NCBI GenBank assembly: GCA_038496445.1
Contig: JALMLS010000316.1
Span: forward strand, 70,012 to 134,011
Length of the DNA stretch: 64,000 nucleotides
Source: Trichosphaerium sp. ATCC 40318
Taxonomy: Eukaryota; Protista; Tubulinea
Direction: 5' to 3'
The notes below the pieces were generated by a model, which made no database searches, was not told the DNA's origin, and worked only from the letters and a program-made list of their open reading frames with translations. Of this stretch, positions 1-10,447 are shown one piece after another (positions within the stretch are counted from its first letter, which is position 1; every line of letters begins with the position of its first letter). The translations under genes and the position numbers were made by a program.

Positions 1-91
1 CACAATGCATATTCGATAGAACCCGACTTCAAACTGAGCAATGAAGCGCGAGAAAAAGCGTCACAGCTTTCAAAAGATAAATAATTAAAAT

Positions 92-137
92 GGGCGTGTG
101 GTGTAATTGGTATCACGGTCGCTTCGCATGCAACAGG
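92..137 (+). pseudogene. Truncated tRNA-Ala(CGC) 5' portion (acceptor 5' strand, D-arm, anticodon arm); no T-arm or 3' acceptor strand
   Basis: GGGCGTG-TG-GTGTAATTGGTATCAC-G-GTCGC-TTCGCAT-GCAAC-AGG. Ala-type GGG start and A-box; anticodon stem has one mismatch; no GGTTCRA downstream. Confidence 0.75.
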
Positions 138-799
138 TATAATTTGGAAAAAAACTGGCAAAATACTGGTTTCTCTTTATCTTGTTCGTAGATTCAGGGG
201 AGATCCACGTGCAAACAATCGGTATGTATAACTGGAAGTGCTTTATCCGTTACTTACGAAAAAGATCTGAGCTGGCCACTCTTCAAAACTATTATAGCAA
301 TTGTAAGACGTGCAATGAGGACAATAAATAATGTCAGGAAGAATAGGTTGCTTTGTATTGCTTTGTGTTGTTCCATGCTCTTATTGTTGCAGAAAATAGA
401 ATAGAAGTTAAAATTGATTCATGCACATCAATTCACTTATTTGACCACATGTAAAATTTTCAAGAAAGTTCCAGAAACATGCGTAGTAGACTATCGGTAC
501 AGTGGACTCTAAATGATTGTAATTGGGCGCCAGTTGCACAAGGAACTTAAGCACATCGTTAATATGGTTACAGATTGGGATGCCACTTAATAAGAATGAA
601 AAATGTTTGCTGAAAGAAACTCACGTATTTGGGAGAACGTGCTACTATAAAAATAACTTCGCTAACCCTTTTATACACAATGATACATACACTTCAGATT
701 TGTGTAGCACCATTCTTGAATAGCAAGTTCACAAGTGTCAACTATAAGTCAATTCTGTTATTTTTCATTTTTTTTATCATTTCACACGTGACAACACAA

Positions 800-2429
800 A
801 TGCTTCGCGTATCTATCATTGCTATTCTCTGCGTACTTCTTACACTTGTTTTGGCCCGTAACAAGCGTACGTTAGCGCCTTCTCTTTATCTCGTGTGTTG
901 TGTAACACAGAAGTCTAGTCGCTTTGCCAGAGTGTAAATTCGTACCTTGTGATAACAACAACCAATGTGGAAGCTTCGCTGGTAACTGTACAAAGTGTAA
1001 CTCAACAGGATTTTGCGACTACGGTACCTGATCTTTTACCTATTGTTTTTCAACTATTAACACTAAACTCAGGTGGCGGTTGTGGCAAAACATGTAGTGC
1101 GTCTTTTTTGTATTTTACAGAAAAATTCGTGGTTCCTATTTTTTGTCTGAGTCTGTTTTAACGCTAAATTCAGAGGTAACAAGCGATTGTAATCAAGCTG
1201 AAGACTGTAAATTCTGCAAAGACGGCGTATGTACATCTTCTGGTTCCTGCGGTGCTTACTGCTCTCAACAAAGCGACTGCGTACAAGCAGCTGGTACGAA
1301 AAGCATTTTATTAGTGTTTTAAGAAATTGGCATGCTCTCCCAATGTCGTTTTGTGATTTTTTCTGTTTGTAACCAATTGTCATCTTTAAATTTCTGTTTA
1401 TCCCGTTATGAACGATTTTAACAACTTATTTAGACTGTGGCTTTTGTATTAACAATATGTGCGTCTCTCAATGCGCCAGTCCATGTGCCGAAGGTTCGTA
1501 ACCTCTTTCTAAACTTTTTCGCACGTGATAGCTTCATTAACTCTTTTATTCTTTTCTTTAAGACTCTAACTGTAACTACGCTGGGTACGTTCGCTTAGAA
1601 TATTTTAAAACAAAAGCAGAAGTCACTTACGGCTCTTTAGGTCTACTTGTCCTTTCTGCGAAAACTTCATTTGTCAAAAAGGCGGTTGCGGATCAAAATG
1701 TGGTTCAGAGAGCGATTGCGCACGTTATGGTGGCGATTGTAAGTTATGTACAAACTACCCTGAATTGGGTTACGCCATGTGCACATCTGGATGTAACATG
1801 AAGTGCTCAGAAGACTCAGAATGCGCTGGATTCAGCACTAACTGCGGTAAGCCTAACTAAACTTAAACGAAAGACGCTTACTCTGATATCTAAGGTACCT
1901 GTAACACAACCACCCACTTGTGCGAAAGCGGTACTTGTGGTACCAAATGTAACAGTAACAACGGATGGTACAATCTTGTTTGTTTTTGTATTTCGTTTTT
2001 GTATGGTTTTCTTTTGATTTATTAACTCTTGTCCTCCAGTGAAAATTCGCCAAAGGATTCTTGCTCAAGATGTTACCAAGGTGAATGTACTAAAGGATTA
2101 GAGTGCTTCAGCAAGTGCACAGGTATTTTACAAAGTCACATTCATCAAGAACTTTATTAACGAAACAATAGTTAACTCTGACTGTGACCAAACTGGTGAC
2201 TGTGTTGTATGCAGTTCACGTGGATTCTGTCTCAGTGTTGAAAAAGCTCAACATGTTGACAATCTATCTGAACAAGAAGCTCTGTACGATACTTTCTTCT
2301 GGAGTTTTATTTTTTTTTTGTCACGTTTTTTTTCACGTGATTTGTTTTTTTGACCATCAGCAAAGGTATACTCATTTATTTTTTAGTTTGTGGATTGCTG
2401 AGCAAACACAAGAAAATGTTCAAGCATAA
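800..2429 (+). CDS. Secreted multi-repeat cysteine-rich protein (about 10 exons)
   Basis: Signal peptide MLRVSIIAILCVLLTLVLA. Spliced exons give repeated CxxxxDC...CxxC...C...CG units (e.g. CGSKCGSESDCARYGGDCKLC, CNMKCSEDSECAG); ends ...QENVQA-stop. Confidence 0.75.
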
Positions 2430-2496
2430 GTACAATGAGAATAAAACTAATAAAGACTTTTATTCAAAAAAAAATTGTTTAAAGTTTGTGGTGTAT

Positions 2497-3467
2497 CTAT
2501 AAATCGCTTTTCCTTTGAATAGCTGCAATCTCATCGAGAATCTCCTTTTCTTGAGGCGCGATTTTTCTCTGAAGAAAAAGGTTAGTTGGTGAAATAAGAT
2601 TAAGAAGAAGAATACTCACAGCATCTTCTAAGTGCTCTAGTGCAGTCTCGTCGTCTTCTTCATGACGAGCAATTATACCCAAACTCCAGTGAGGTACCCA
2701 CTCGTCTTTATCAAGAGTAGTCAGAGCGTTAAAGACATCTCTTGCGTTAGCATACTCCTCTAAAAAAACAGTTAAAAAAACTTTCAGTGCGAGAAAGAGG
2801 TTCGTTTTTGATTTGTGCTTTATTTTTGAACTAGCGTACTCAATTCAATATACGTGGCACCCAAATTATAATACGCCCTAAGGTTCGTACGGTCACCTTC
2901 ATAAGCTTTGGCAAAGGAAAGCACGGCAGATTTATAGTCACCGCTCTGCTGTTGCGCAAGTCCCAAATTATACCTACCCAAAAAAGAGTTTAATCACGTG
3001 GGTAAACATCGATTATGGCATCGAGTACTTTTTTACTTATCAGTAAAACTAAACGTACCACATTGGAGGTTCATTCGCCTTTGTTATCGCTGTTTTATAG
3101 TGTTTAATCGCTGTACTGAGCTTTCCTGCTTGGTGGTACCTAAAAGAACCTATTTAGCCAACATACTAACCCATTATGATATCTTACGCTACTGCGGCAT
3201 TATAGAGTATGGTGGCGTTCTCTCCCTGTATTTCTAACGCTTGTTCATATAACTTTATTGCCTCCTCTATTTGATCAGCGAAATGCTCTTCTTGCGCAGC
3301 TCTAGGTACTGTAAAGCGAATGCGTAACACGTGTCATCTTTTGTGACGTATTATTCTACGTACAAGAAGTACTCATGTGCTGACTCTTCAGTGTCTTCTG
3401 AGTCCTCAGGGTGTGCGAATACACAAAAAGCCAGAAGTAGCGCCAACAAGAAAAATACAAATTTCAT
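2497..3467 (-). CDS. Signal-peptide-bearing TPR-repeat protein (multi-exon)
   Basis: MKFVFFLLALLLAFCVFA signal peptide. TPR motifs EEAIKLYEQALEI..ILYNAAVA, YNLGLAQQQSGDYKSAV, AYYNLGATYIEL, HWSLGIIARH. Confidence 0.75.
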
Positions 3468-3729
3468 TTTGAACCAATCTGACTTTTATCGTTGCAATAC
3501 TTAACTTTTTTTCTCAAACGACCAATGGTAAAAACCTGCTAGTGGTAGTAGACAAAATTAGTGAACTTGTGATAGCAACAATATCATCATGCTCTATAAA
3601 CGCACGTACGTCTCAATAGCGGAATACAGTAAGCCTTTTTTTATCGTTTTTTCTTTTGGTTGTTTGGTGAGGTATCTATTTTGTTAGGTTAAAGTTGACA
3701 AGTTTCATTTCGATTGCACATACAAGAGT

Positions 3730-3885
3730 ATCTTCCTTGGACATCCTACTAAAGATTTGAACAGAAGGATTATTGAAGACTACCCATGCGCTCAAAAAGA
3801 CTTTTCGCTTATGTTGGTCAATAAGACAACAAAGAGTCTATAATCGCTGAGAATTATACTTATTATCCCCTGTTGTACGTTCTGT
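3730..3885 (+). pseudogene. Decayed F-box N-terminus, likely paralog of the adjacent F-box-LRR gene
   Basis: With two frameshifts it reads SLDIL/KDLNRRIIEDY..LMLVNKTTKSL/IIAENYTYYPLLYV, resembling IVALPVEIIVQIL..RFMRNIVHNHVGYPHMYV of 4241-5218. Confidence 0.4.
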
Positions 3886-4240
3886 TGTACTTGTTGGACC
3901 TCTATAAGATCCAAAAATAGACGATGGATCTCATTTGATTGTAACTTATTTTTGTTCTATTAGTATATGAAGCGTTGAGTATGATTCGAGAAGTTTGAAG
4001 TTGCAAGAAATTTCTTTGAACATTGTGTTTGCACAGGAGAAGCACTCAAACTCCAGCTGAAGATATTAATAAAACATGTGATACATTGTGAGAGTAAACA
4101 TACGTTTATTGCTTATGCGATATTGCGTCTCTGGTGTTTTGATGGTAACTAGTAGAAAATCTTTTATCTGATAAATCCCAAACCATACTAGCCTAAAACT
4201 GAGCAACTAAAGCAGAAAAACACTGTGCTAAAGAAGTCTT

Positions 4241-5218
4241 TTACTTTAAAATAGTGTTGTAGCCATACTCATCAACCATTACATTCCTACAATTTTCTGT
4301 AACGTTTTGACAACCCCATAAGTGGATGTTGTGAACACCAGCCATAGCCAAAGCTGTCAATCCTTCATCAGTAATATAAGTTAATGTTAAATGAATATTA
4401 TGAACACCTGTCAATGCCGTGATGCCCTTATCTGTTATATCTACACAACATGTTAAATTTATTGTATGAACGCCACTCAATGCTTTCAGCCCTTCATCTG
4501 TGACTTGGGTGTACGCTAAGCGAATGCTATGAACACCAGCCAACGCTTTTATACCTTCATCTGTTATAGCATAACAGTCACTCAAGTTGATAGTGTGAAC
4601 TCCAGCCATAGCCAACGCTTTCAATCCTTCATCTGTCACTTTTGTTCCAGATAAATCAATGTCGTGAACACCAGCCAAAGCCTCCATACCTTCAATTGTA
4701 AACGAGCAATACTTTAACTTTATCGAGTAAACTCCAGCCAATGCTTTCAGTCCTTCATCTGTTACTTTCGTGAAAGATAAGCCAATGGTATGTACTCCTG
4801 CTAAAGCCTTCACCCCTTCATTTGTAACATTTGTCTCTGATAGATCAATCACATGAATACCAGCCAATACCTTAACTCCATCATCTGTGATTTTCTTACA
4901 AGATCTCAAGCTTATATTGCGTGCACCTTTAAGCAAGCTCAAGTGAGCATCCATAGCGAAGCCTTCGAGTATAATAGTCGTATTTTGAAGCAAAGGGCTA
5001 CCATTAAGAACTTTTAATTCGTCAGTGTTTGAAACATACATGTGTGGATATCCAACGTGGTTGTGAACGATGTTTCGCATGAAACGACATGTTTGAGCTG
5101 AACGAAGGGTAAATGTACCGCTCTTCAGAATTTGAACGATTATTTCAACGGGAAGTGCAACAATGTCAAAAGTATGATTATTAGCGCACAGTACTGTTGT
5201 GTCGTTTCGTTCGTCCAT
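4241..5218 (-). CDS. Intronless F-box + leucine-rich-repeat protein
   Basis: F-box-like LPVEIIVQIL followed by about 9-10 LRRs of consensus LAGVHTIxLSxTxVTDEGLKA. Confidence 0.9.
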   Translation of the reverse strand: MDERNDTTVLCANNHTFDIVALPVEIIVQILKSGTFTLRSAQTCRFMRNIVHNHVGYPHMYVSNTDELKVLNGSPLLQNTTIILEGFAMDAHLSLLKGARNISLRSCKKITDDGVKVLAGIHVIDLSETNVTNEGVKALAGVHTIGLSFTKVTDEGLKALAGVYSIKLKYCSFTIEGMEALAGVHDIDLSGTKVTDEGLKALAMAGVHTINLSDCYAITDEGIKALAGVHSIRLAYTQVTDEGLKALSGVHTINLTCCVDITDKGITALTGVHNIHLTLTYITDEGLTALAMAGVHNIHLWGCQNVTENCRNVMVDEYGYNTILK

Positions 5219-5490
5219 TTTATCCCAAGAGATGTTGCCTTGGCTACGAAGAGGTAAGCTTTTTGAGTGATACGATTTATGAGTGAAGGTCGTACATAGT
5301 CAAGCAATTGTACACTCGGATAATTTATACGAAAATCAACCACGTGGTTTTTGTTGCATAGCTTACGGTTTGTGAAGAAAACCTTAGTACAAGTCATTCT
5401 AAGGTGTGTAGTGGGCTTGTTGTCAGTGGGGAGAGAATTTTAAATTCGTTTTAGAAGCGTCACAGCTTTCAAAAGATAAATAATTAAAAT

Positions 5491-5536
5491 GGGCGTGTGG
5501 TGTAATTGGTATCACGGTCGCTTTGCCTGCGACAGG
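5491..5536 (+). pseudogene. Truncated tRNA-Ala(TGC) 5' portion
   Basis: Same as 92-137, with a perfect GTCGC/GCGAC stem and loop TTTGCCT; followed by CACA and a T6 run. Confidence 0.75.
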
Positions 5537-5672
5537 CACATTTTTTCAGGTTTAGCTATTTTCTTGCCTACTCACCGTGTACCATAGTCAAGCGACTTCT
5601 GTCTGTAATAGAGCTATCTTTAAAGACAAAGACACCAGAAAATTAACCCTAAGGCTTTCTTCACAAAACTAG

Positions 5673-6713
5673 ATGAATATCATACAATCAATGGATTATT
5701 GTTTATTAAACCTACCTGTAGAGATACAACTCGATATTATTGATCTAGACTCTGAATTATATCCAAAATGGCCGTGTTTATCAAAAAACAGTGCAATGGT
5801 AACGAGGTATGATTGTAACTTGGAGAAACATGGTAAGTGGACGAAAAGGACTGCACTCCAATATTGGTCACATGGTAAACGCCATGGCACATTCAAGTGC
5901 TGGTATAGCAATGGTAGATTGAAGAGTGTATGTAATTACGTTAACGATAAACAAGAAGGGGAGTACAAGAAGTACAATCACAAAGGACGTTTGAGAGAGA
6001 AAGGAAATTATAAACAAGGTAAACTTGAGGGAGAATATAAGTGGTGGAATTCAAAGGGTATTTTACGCAAGAAGGGTTATCACGTGAACAATAAATTGCA
6101 TGGAGATTGTATACTGTTTTTTAGAGATAAAAGTAGAGCAGAGTACAAGTATTCTAATGGTAAATATGAAGGAGAGTATAAGAGGTGGTATAGAAATGGT
6201 CAGTTAGCTTTAAAATGCTATTACACAAATGGTAAACGGGAAGGAAAGTCAATAAAGTGGAGACGAAATGGTGTGTTGGAAGAACAATGCTCTTACATAA
6301 ACAATGAACTAGACAAAGAGTACAAACGCTGGCATCAAAATGGTAGATTGGCACTTCATTGTCATTATGTCAAAGGGAAACAAGAAGGAGAGTCTAAACG
6401 TTGGTATGACAATGGAATACTAAAGGAGCAATATAACTTTGTCAAGGATGAACTTGACGGAGAGTGCACTCGGTGGCACAATAATGGGCAAATGGATTTT
6501 CATTGTCATTTTGTTAAAGGCCTTATAGAAGGTGAACAAAAGTCTTGGTATCCCAATGGTCAAAAGTTCAGACATTGTAACTATAAAAATGGTAAACGAG
6601 ATGGAGAGGATAAATGGTATAGTGATGGTAAACTGATTTCAAAACACACGTATGTAAATGGCGTTAGAGTGGAGTATAAGACAAGTAACAAAAGGAGAAC
6701 TGTACTCCTATAG
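5673..6713 (+). CDS. Intronless F-box-like + MORN-variant (YwqK-like) repeat protein
   Basis: N-terminal LLNLPVEIQLDIIDL, then about 11 repeats of consensus GExKxWYxNGxLxxxCxYxNGKx. Confidence 0.9.
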   Translation: MNIIQSMDYCLLNLPVEIQLDIIDLDSELYPKWPCLSKNSAMVTRYDCNLEKHGKWTKRTALQYWSHGKRHGTFKCWYSNGRLKSVCNYVNDKQEGEYKKYNHKGRLREKGNYKQGKLEGEYKWWNSKGILRKKGYHVNNKLHGDCILFFRDKSRAEYKYSNGKYEGEYKRWYRNGQLALKCYYTNGKREGKSIKWRRNGVLEEQCSYINNELDKEYKRWHQNGRLALHCHYVKGKQEGESKRWYDNGILKEQYNFVKDELDGECTRWHNNGQMDFHCHFVKGLIEGEQKSWYPNGQKFRHCNYKNGKRDGEDKWYSDGKLISKHTYVNGVRVEYKTSNKRRTVLL

Positions 6714-7792
6714 AAGCACTACTATCCAGGCCTTAGTGAGTGTGACCTAATATACATATTACCATTAGTAAGATGTTTTTTTAGTGTTCAGGTCACTATT
6801 GGCTTGTAGATTGAGGTGGCACACGGAATAAAAATGAAGATATTTAACAAAAAGTTTACTAGTATCCTTCGTCACATGCATCAAGTACATTGACCCTGTT
6901 CAGTTCGGTATAGATAGTAAATAACAATAATGCTACTTTGAAATGCGTGAACTTGTCTAAGACCTGTTTGTAAGATTGCATGTCCATTCCTAGCGTACTA
7001 TTTCGTTCTACTTCTGTTGTTTTCTTTTTTTGGTGTCGTTCATGACGACAGCTTAACTCTTTGTTGGATTGCAGTTAAAGGCAGCGTTTTTGGCATCAAC
7101 GATTTATTTGCTGAAGGTTTGAAGTGCTCTAATCGATAGATACTCATCCCTCACCTTGTTTCTGCGTGCCAGCACTCATGTACCATTGTTTTTCGTGATT
7201 CGGGTTTGCCAATATTAAAAAAAGGCCGTTGCTCGTTTATTTGCACGTGATTGTTTAATTCGGTAAAGGTACAATGAATCGTACAATCACGTACAGATAA
7301 AACAGCAACAGGCTATTTTGATAACACAAATAACCATTCAGAGTTTCCAAGGCATTAATCAAACGTTATGACGATATACTTGTGATGTACACAGACAAAA
7401 ATAAAACAAGCCAAGGCGCTGTAGTTTGATTCAAATAACGAAACCTGACTTTCAGAAAAACCACGAACTTGTTTGTTTTTTTTTCTACCTGTTGAACAAG
7501 TTTGCTAAATTATGATGTTGTAAAATAATTTCTAGAATACCTCATATCCAGATACCGAAAGAGAAAAAGTAATGTGATGAACAACAAGAAATTTACGAAA
7601 TGATATTAACTGTCAGTAATCCACAAAAGCCATTGATTTGCTATGGTATTTCTATGTCGGATTATCCATCTCATGTACTTCTCTCACCTTAGACGCGTAT
7701 GATCAGTATTACACAAATCGCACACAAGGTGTAGAGAAGTACCTAAAGAAGGGTATTAAGTAAGGTTTTATTTAAATTATTTGGTTCATTCA

Positions 7793-8919
7793 ATGTTCGC
7801 ACTACCAGAAGAAACAGCTCCTTTTGAAACAAATTTCGCAACTAATTTCGTGTCTTCCGAAACAAACGACTTTATTCTACAGTGTCACGACATCTCGCAA
7901 TTACTACTACCAGACAATTTCAACGACTCAATACCAGAACCACTCAACAATAGCCACGCCCCTTTGTACTGTGTCCCATCGATAATAACGCTTGAAGAAA
8001 AACCAAATAATGTTTTCTTCCAAAGCAATCTTCCTCGCCTTCAAGAGCGTTCTACGGATGATTCACCACATAGAAAAGAATATTTAATGAACAGACTATC
8101 AGAATCATCAGATGATACAAAGCAGGTACGTTATCGCTAAAACTAAAGAGTACAAACTTCCGAAAAACATAAGTTTGGTCAGGGCAATGAAAAGTTTTTT
8201 TTTTGAAGAAAACCGACTTTTAAACTTCTCATAGGACAAACAAGATTGTAAGATAGGATCAAATAAATGTATAAAATTGATAGCACATCCATTACTACAA
8301 AGAGTCTTGGGGAAGAGTAAAAAACCGTACCTTTATGCTGTCTGTTTGGCAGTTATTTTGGAGTTGGGCGTAAAAGTAGAGAACAAAATTTTTGTAGTTT
8401 TGTACGATCTCCTTTCCGTCTGAATTAAATCTCATCTAAAGAGTACGCTAACATTAACCTCGTAGTAATGATGATGTGTTTATGACTGCTATATCTATGC
8501 TGAGTCAATACAAACAAAGGAGGCCTAGAGATAGCTACGGAGCATATAAATCAATAAAACGGTTCGTAACACGTGATAAGAGCGCTCCCTTTGAAAAAAA
8601 ACAAGTAAATTAAATCGCTAGTACTACCTTTCTTTTGTGTTGAGAGATGTTGTAGCACTGTATCATAATCTAATGAGCGGTATGTATTAGGTGGACTGAG
8701 GTGCTAAACAAGAGAAGAAAGGGAAATAGCTGGTGTTTTAAGGAAAAACCTTCTAAGATTGCTGTATGGACACAAACATTCGAAGAGATCAGATCAATAG
8801 TAAAAGTACAAGCTTTTGTAAAATGGAAATGTTGGCGTACAGGAAGAGATATATCAACTGACATTACATCAAAGGACTTTAGCTCGATGATATGGGCGTT
8901 GGCTGGAAGATATGATTGA
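7793..8919 (+). CDS. Hypothetical protein, 4 exons
   Basis: Three GT-AG introns join in frame (..DDTKQ|DKQDC..KKP|NDDVF..IKR|WTEVL..GRYD-stop); no recognised domain. Confidence 0.55.
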
Positions 8920-10447
8920 ACTTGTGATTGTGTTAAGGCGTAATTGAATTTTCTTTCTTTCTTTGTCTAGATTTTACAACAGGTGTCTCTGGCATGTCTA
9001 TTACATTGTACCATAGCAAAATATTGATCAAGTCACGTCGTTGACAATTACAACAATAAGGTATTGAATACGTTTGTTCGCTTGTGGAGAAAAAAAACCT
9101 TGGACGTGAAAGGAAACCAATAAATATTACAAGTGAAAACGCGTTTGCCGAAATTCAATCTTACAGTTTAAGTGTCTATCGGTCTAGTAGAAATGCGCTT
9201 GAACAAACCGATTGTATAGCCATCAAGTTAGCTTTTGTCACTTGAGCAAGTAGCTTGCTGACACGTAAACGAGCATGAGTAATTCAATTTTTGAACAATG
9301 AACCATGTTTTCGAATACTCAAACTGATTGAAAGGCAAGTGTAAACACAAGTAGTAGTCAGTAACTTTACGGAAAGAACAATTTTATCGACACCATGAGT
9401 TGCTTTTATTCATCTGAGTTTAGGTTATGTTTAATGTTTTACTGCCAAAGCTACAGCATCGATTACAGTATGGATGTGTGTTGTTTGTTCCTTCTATCAA
9501 TCTCTAAAAATATTCAAGGTGGTCATGAACATGCGGTTACATCTTCTAGTACCGTTAGAGTAACCATGCTACGACGATAAGATGGCTTGAGTTTGAGCGA
9601 AATTGTAACTTTCAGAGGTACTGCCAGTCTTCTATGAAAGTCATTTATTGGCTATTGAACCTACAGAACTGCTTATCACATTACTTTTCGCTTTCCTCTC
9701 TAGAGGACTTGGTAGATTTAGAAGACTTCGAAGATTGATCGTCTCCAGCTTTTGATTTCGCTCTACGAGAGCTTGTTCTAACTACTGGATCTTGACGCGA
9801 GCAGTTACGGATTTCCTCTTAGGATTCCTCGTCCTTGCTATTCGTGCGCTACAAACATAACGGATGATGCTTCAGATTTACTCACCTTTTAGTACGCTAC
9901 GAGACTCTGGCTTTGCACCGTCGCCATTGCATCCAGCACAGGGTAAAGCCTGTATATTGAAGCGCGGGAGCACAGTTACCAAGGCACAAACGACGTACAA
10001 GATTCGATGTTCAATACCGTAACATTCCTAGATGACGAAATACTTGGCGTATATGTCTACTGTACGCTATCTTATCGCTCAGCGTCAAGGTTTACCGTTT
10101 AAATAATTGCCTCGGTATTTTATCAAACTTGCTCTGTTAGTTCCCGCAAGCGCCAATAATAAGGTTTCATTGTTCTATAGCACAGTAGGTGGCCTCTTTA
10201 CTCAATAACACGAAGAGTGTCCTAACACTTCGGTAAAACAGCCAGTACACCTCTACAATGAAAAAAGGAAAAGTACTACAACCTAGTGGAAGCCACAAAC
10301 AATGTGCAGTCAAAAAAAGTATTCTATTTGTAATCTCGCGCCAACTCTTCTTTATTACTACTTCTAATAGCCACATACATTAACGTACGTATTGAATGCG
10401 AAAAGTTATCAGTTGGCGCCTAAAAGTTAGCCGTTAGTTGTAATTTA

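Larger units (their letters stand above)
56..5536 (+). repeat. 82-bp direct repeat pair (56-137 and 5455-5536): 36 bp of 5' flank plus the tRNA-Ala 5' portion
   Basis: The two copies are identical except at 3 positions, and both end after ...ACAGG. Confidence 0.95.

Noticed and set aside
192-213. Spliceosomal-intron-split tRNA (exon 2 contains CACGTGCA, close to the expected CACGTCCA)
   Set aside because: No TTC T-loop or T-stem would form after splicing, and CACGTG is very common in this window.
9540-10376. Possible minus-strand membrane or S/R-rich gene
   Set aside because: Could not build a stop-free spliced model; at most a decayed gene.
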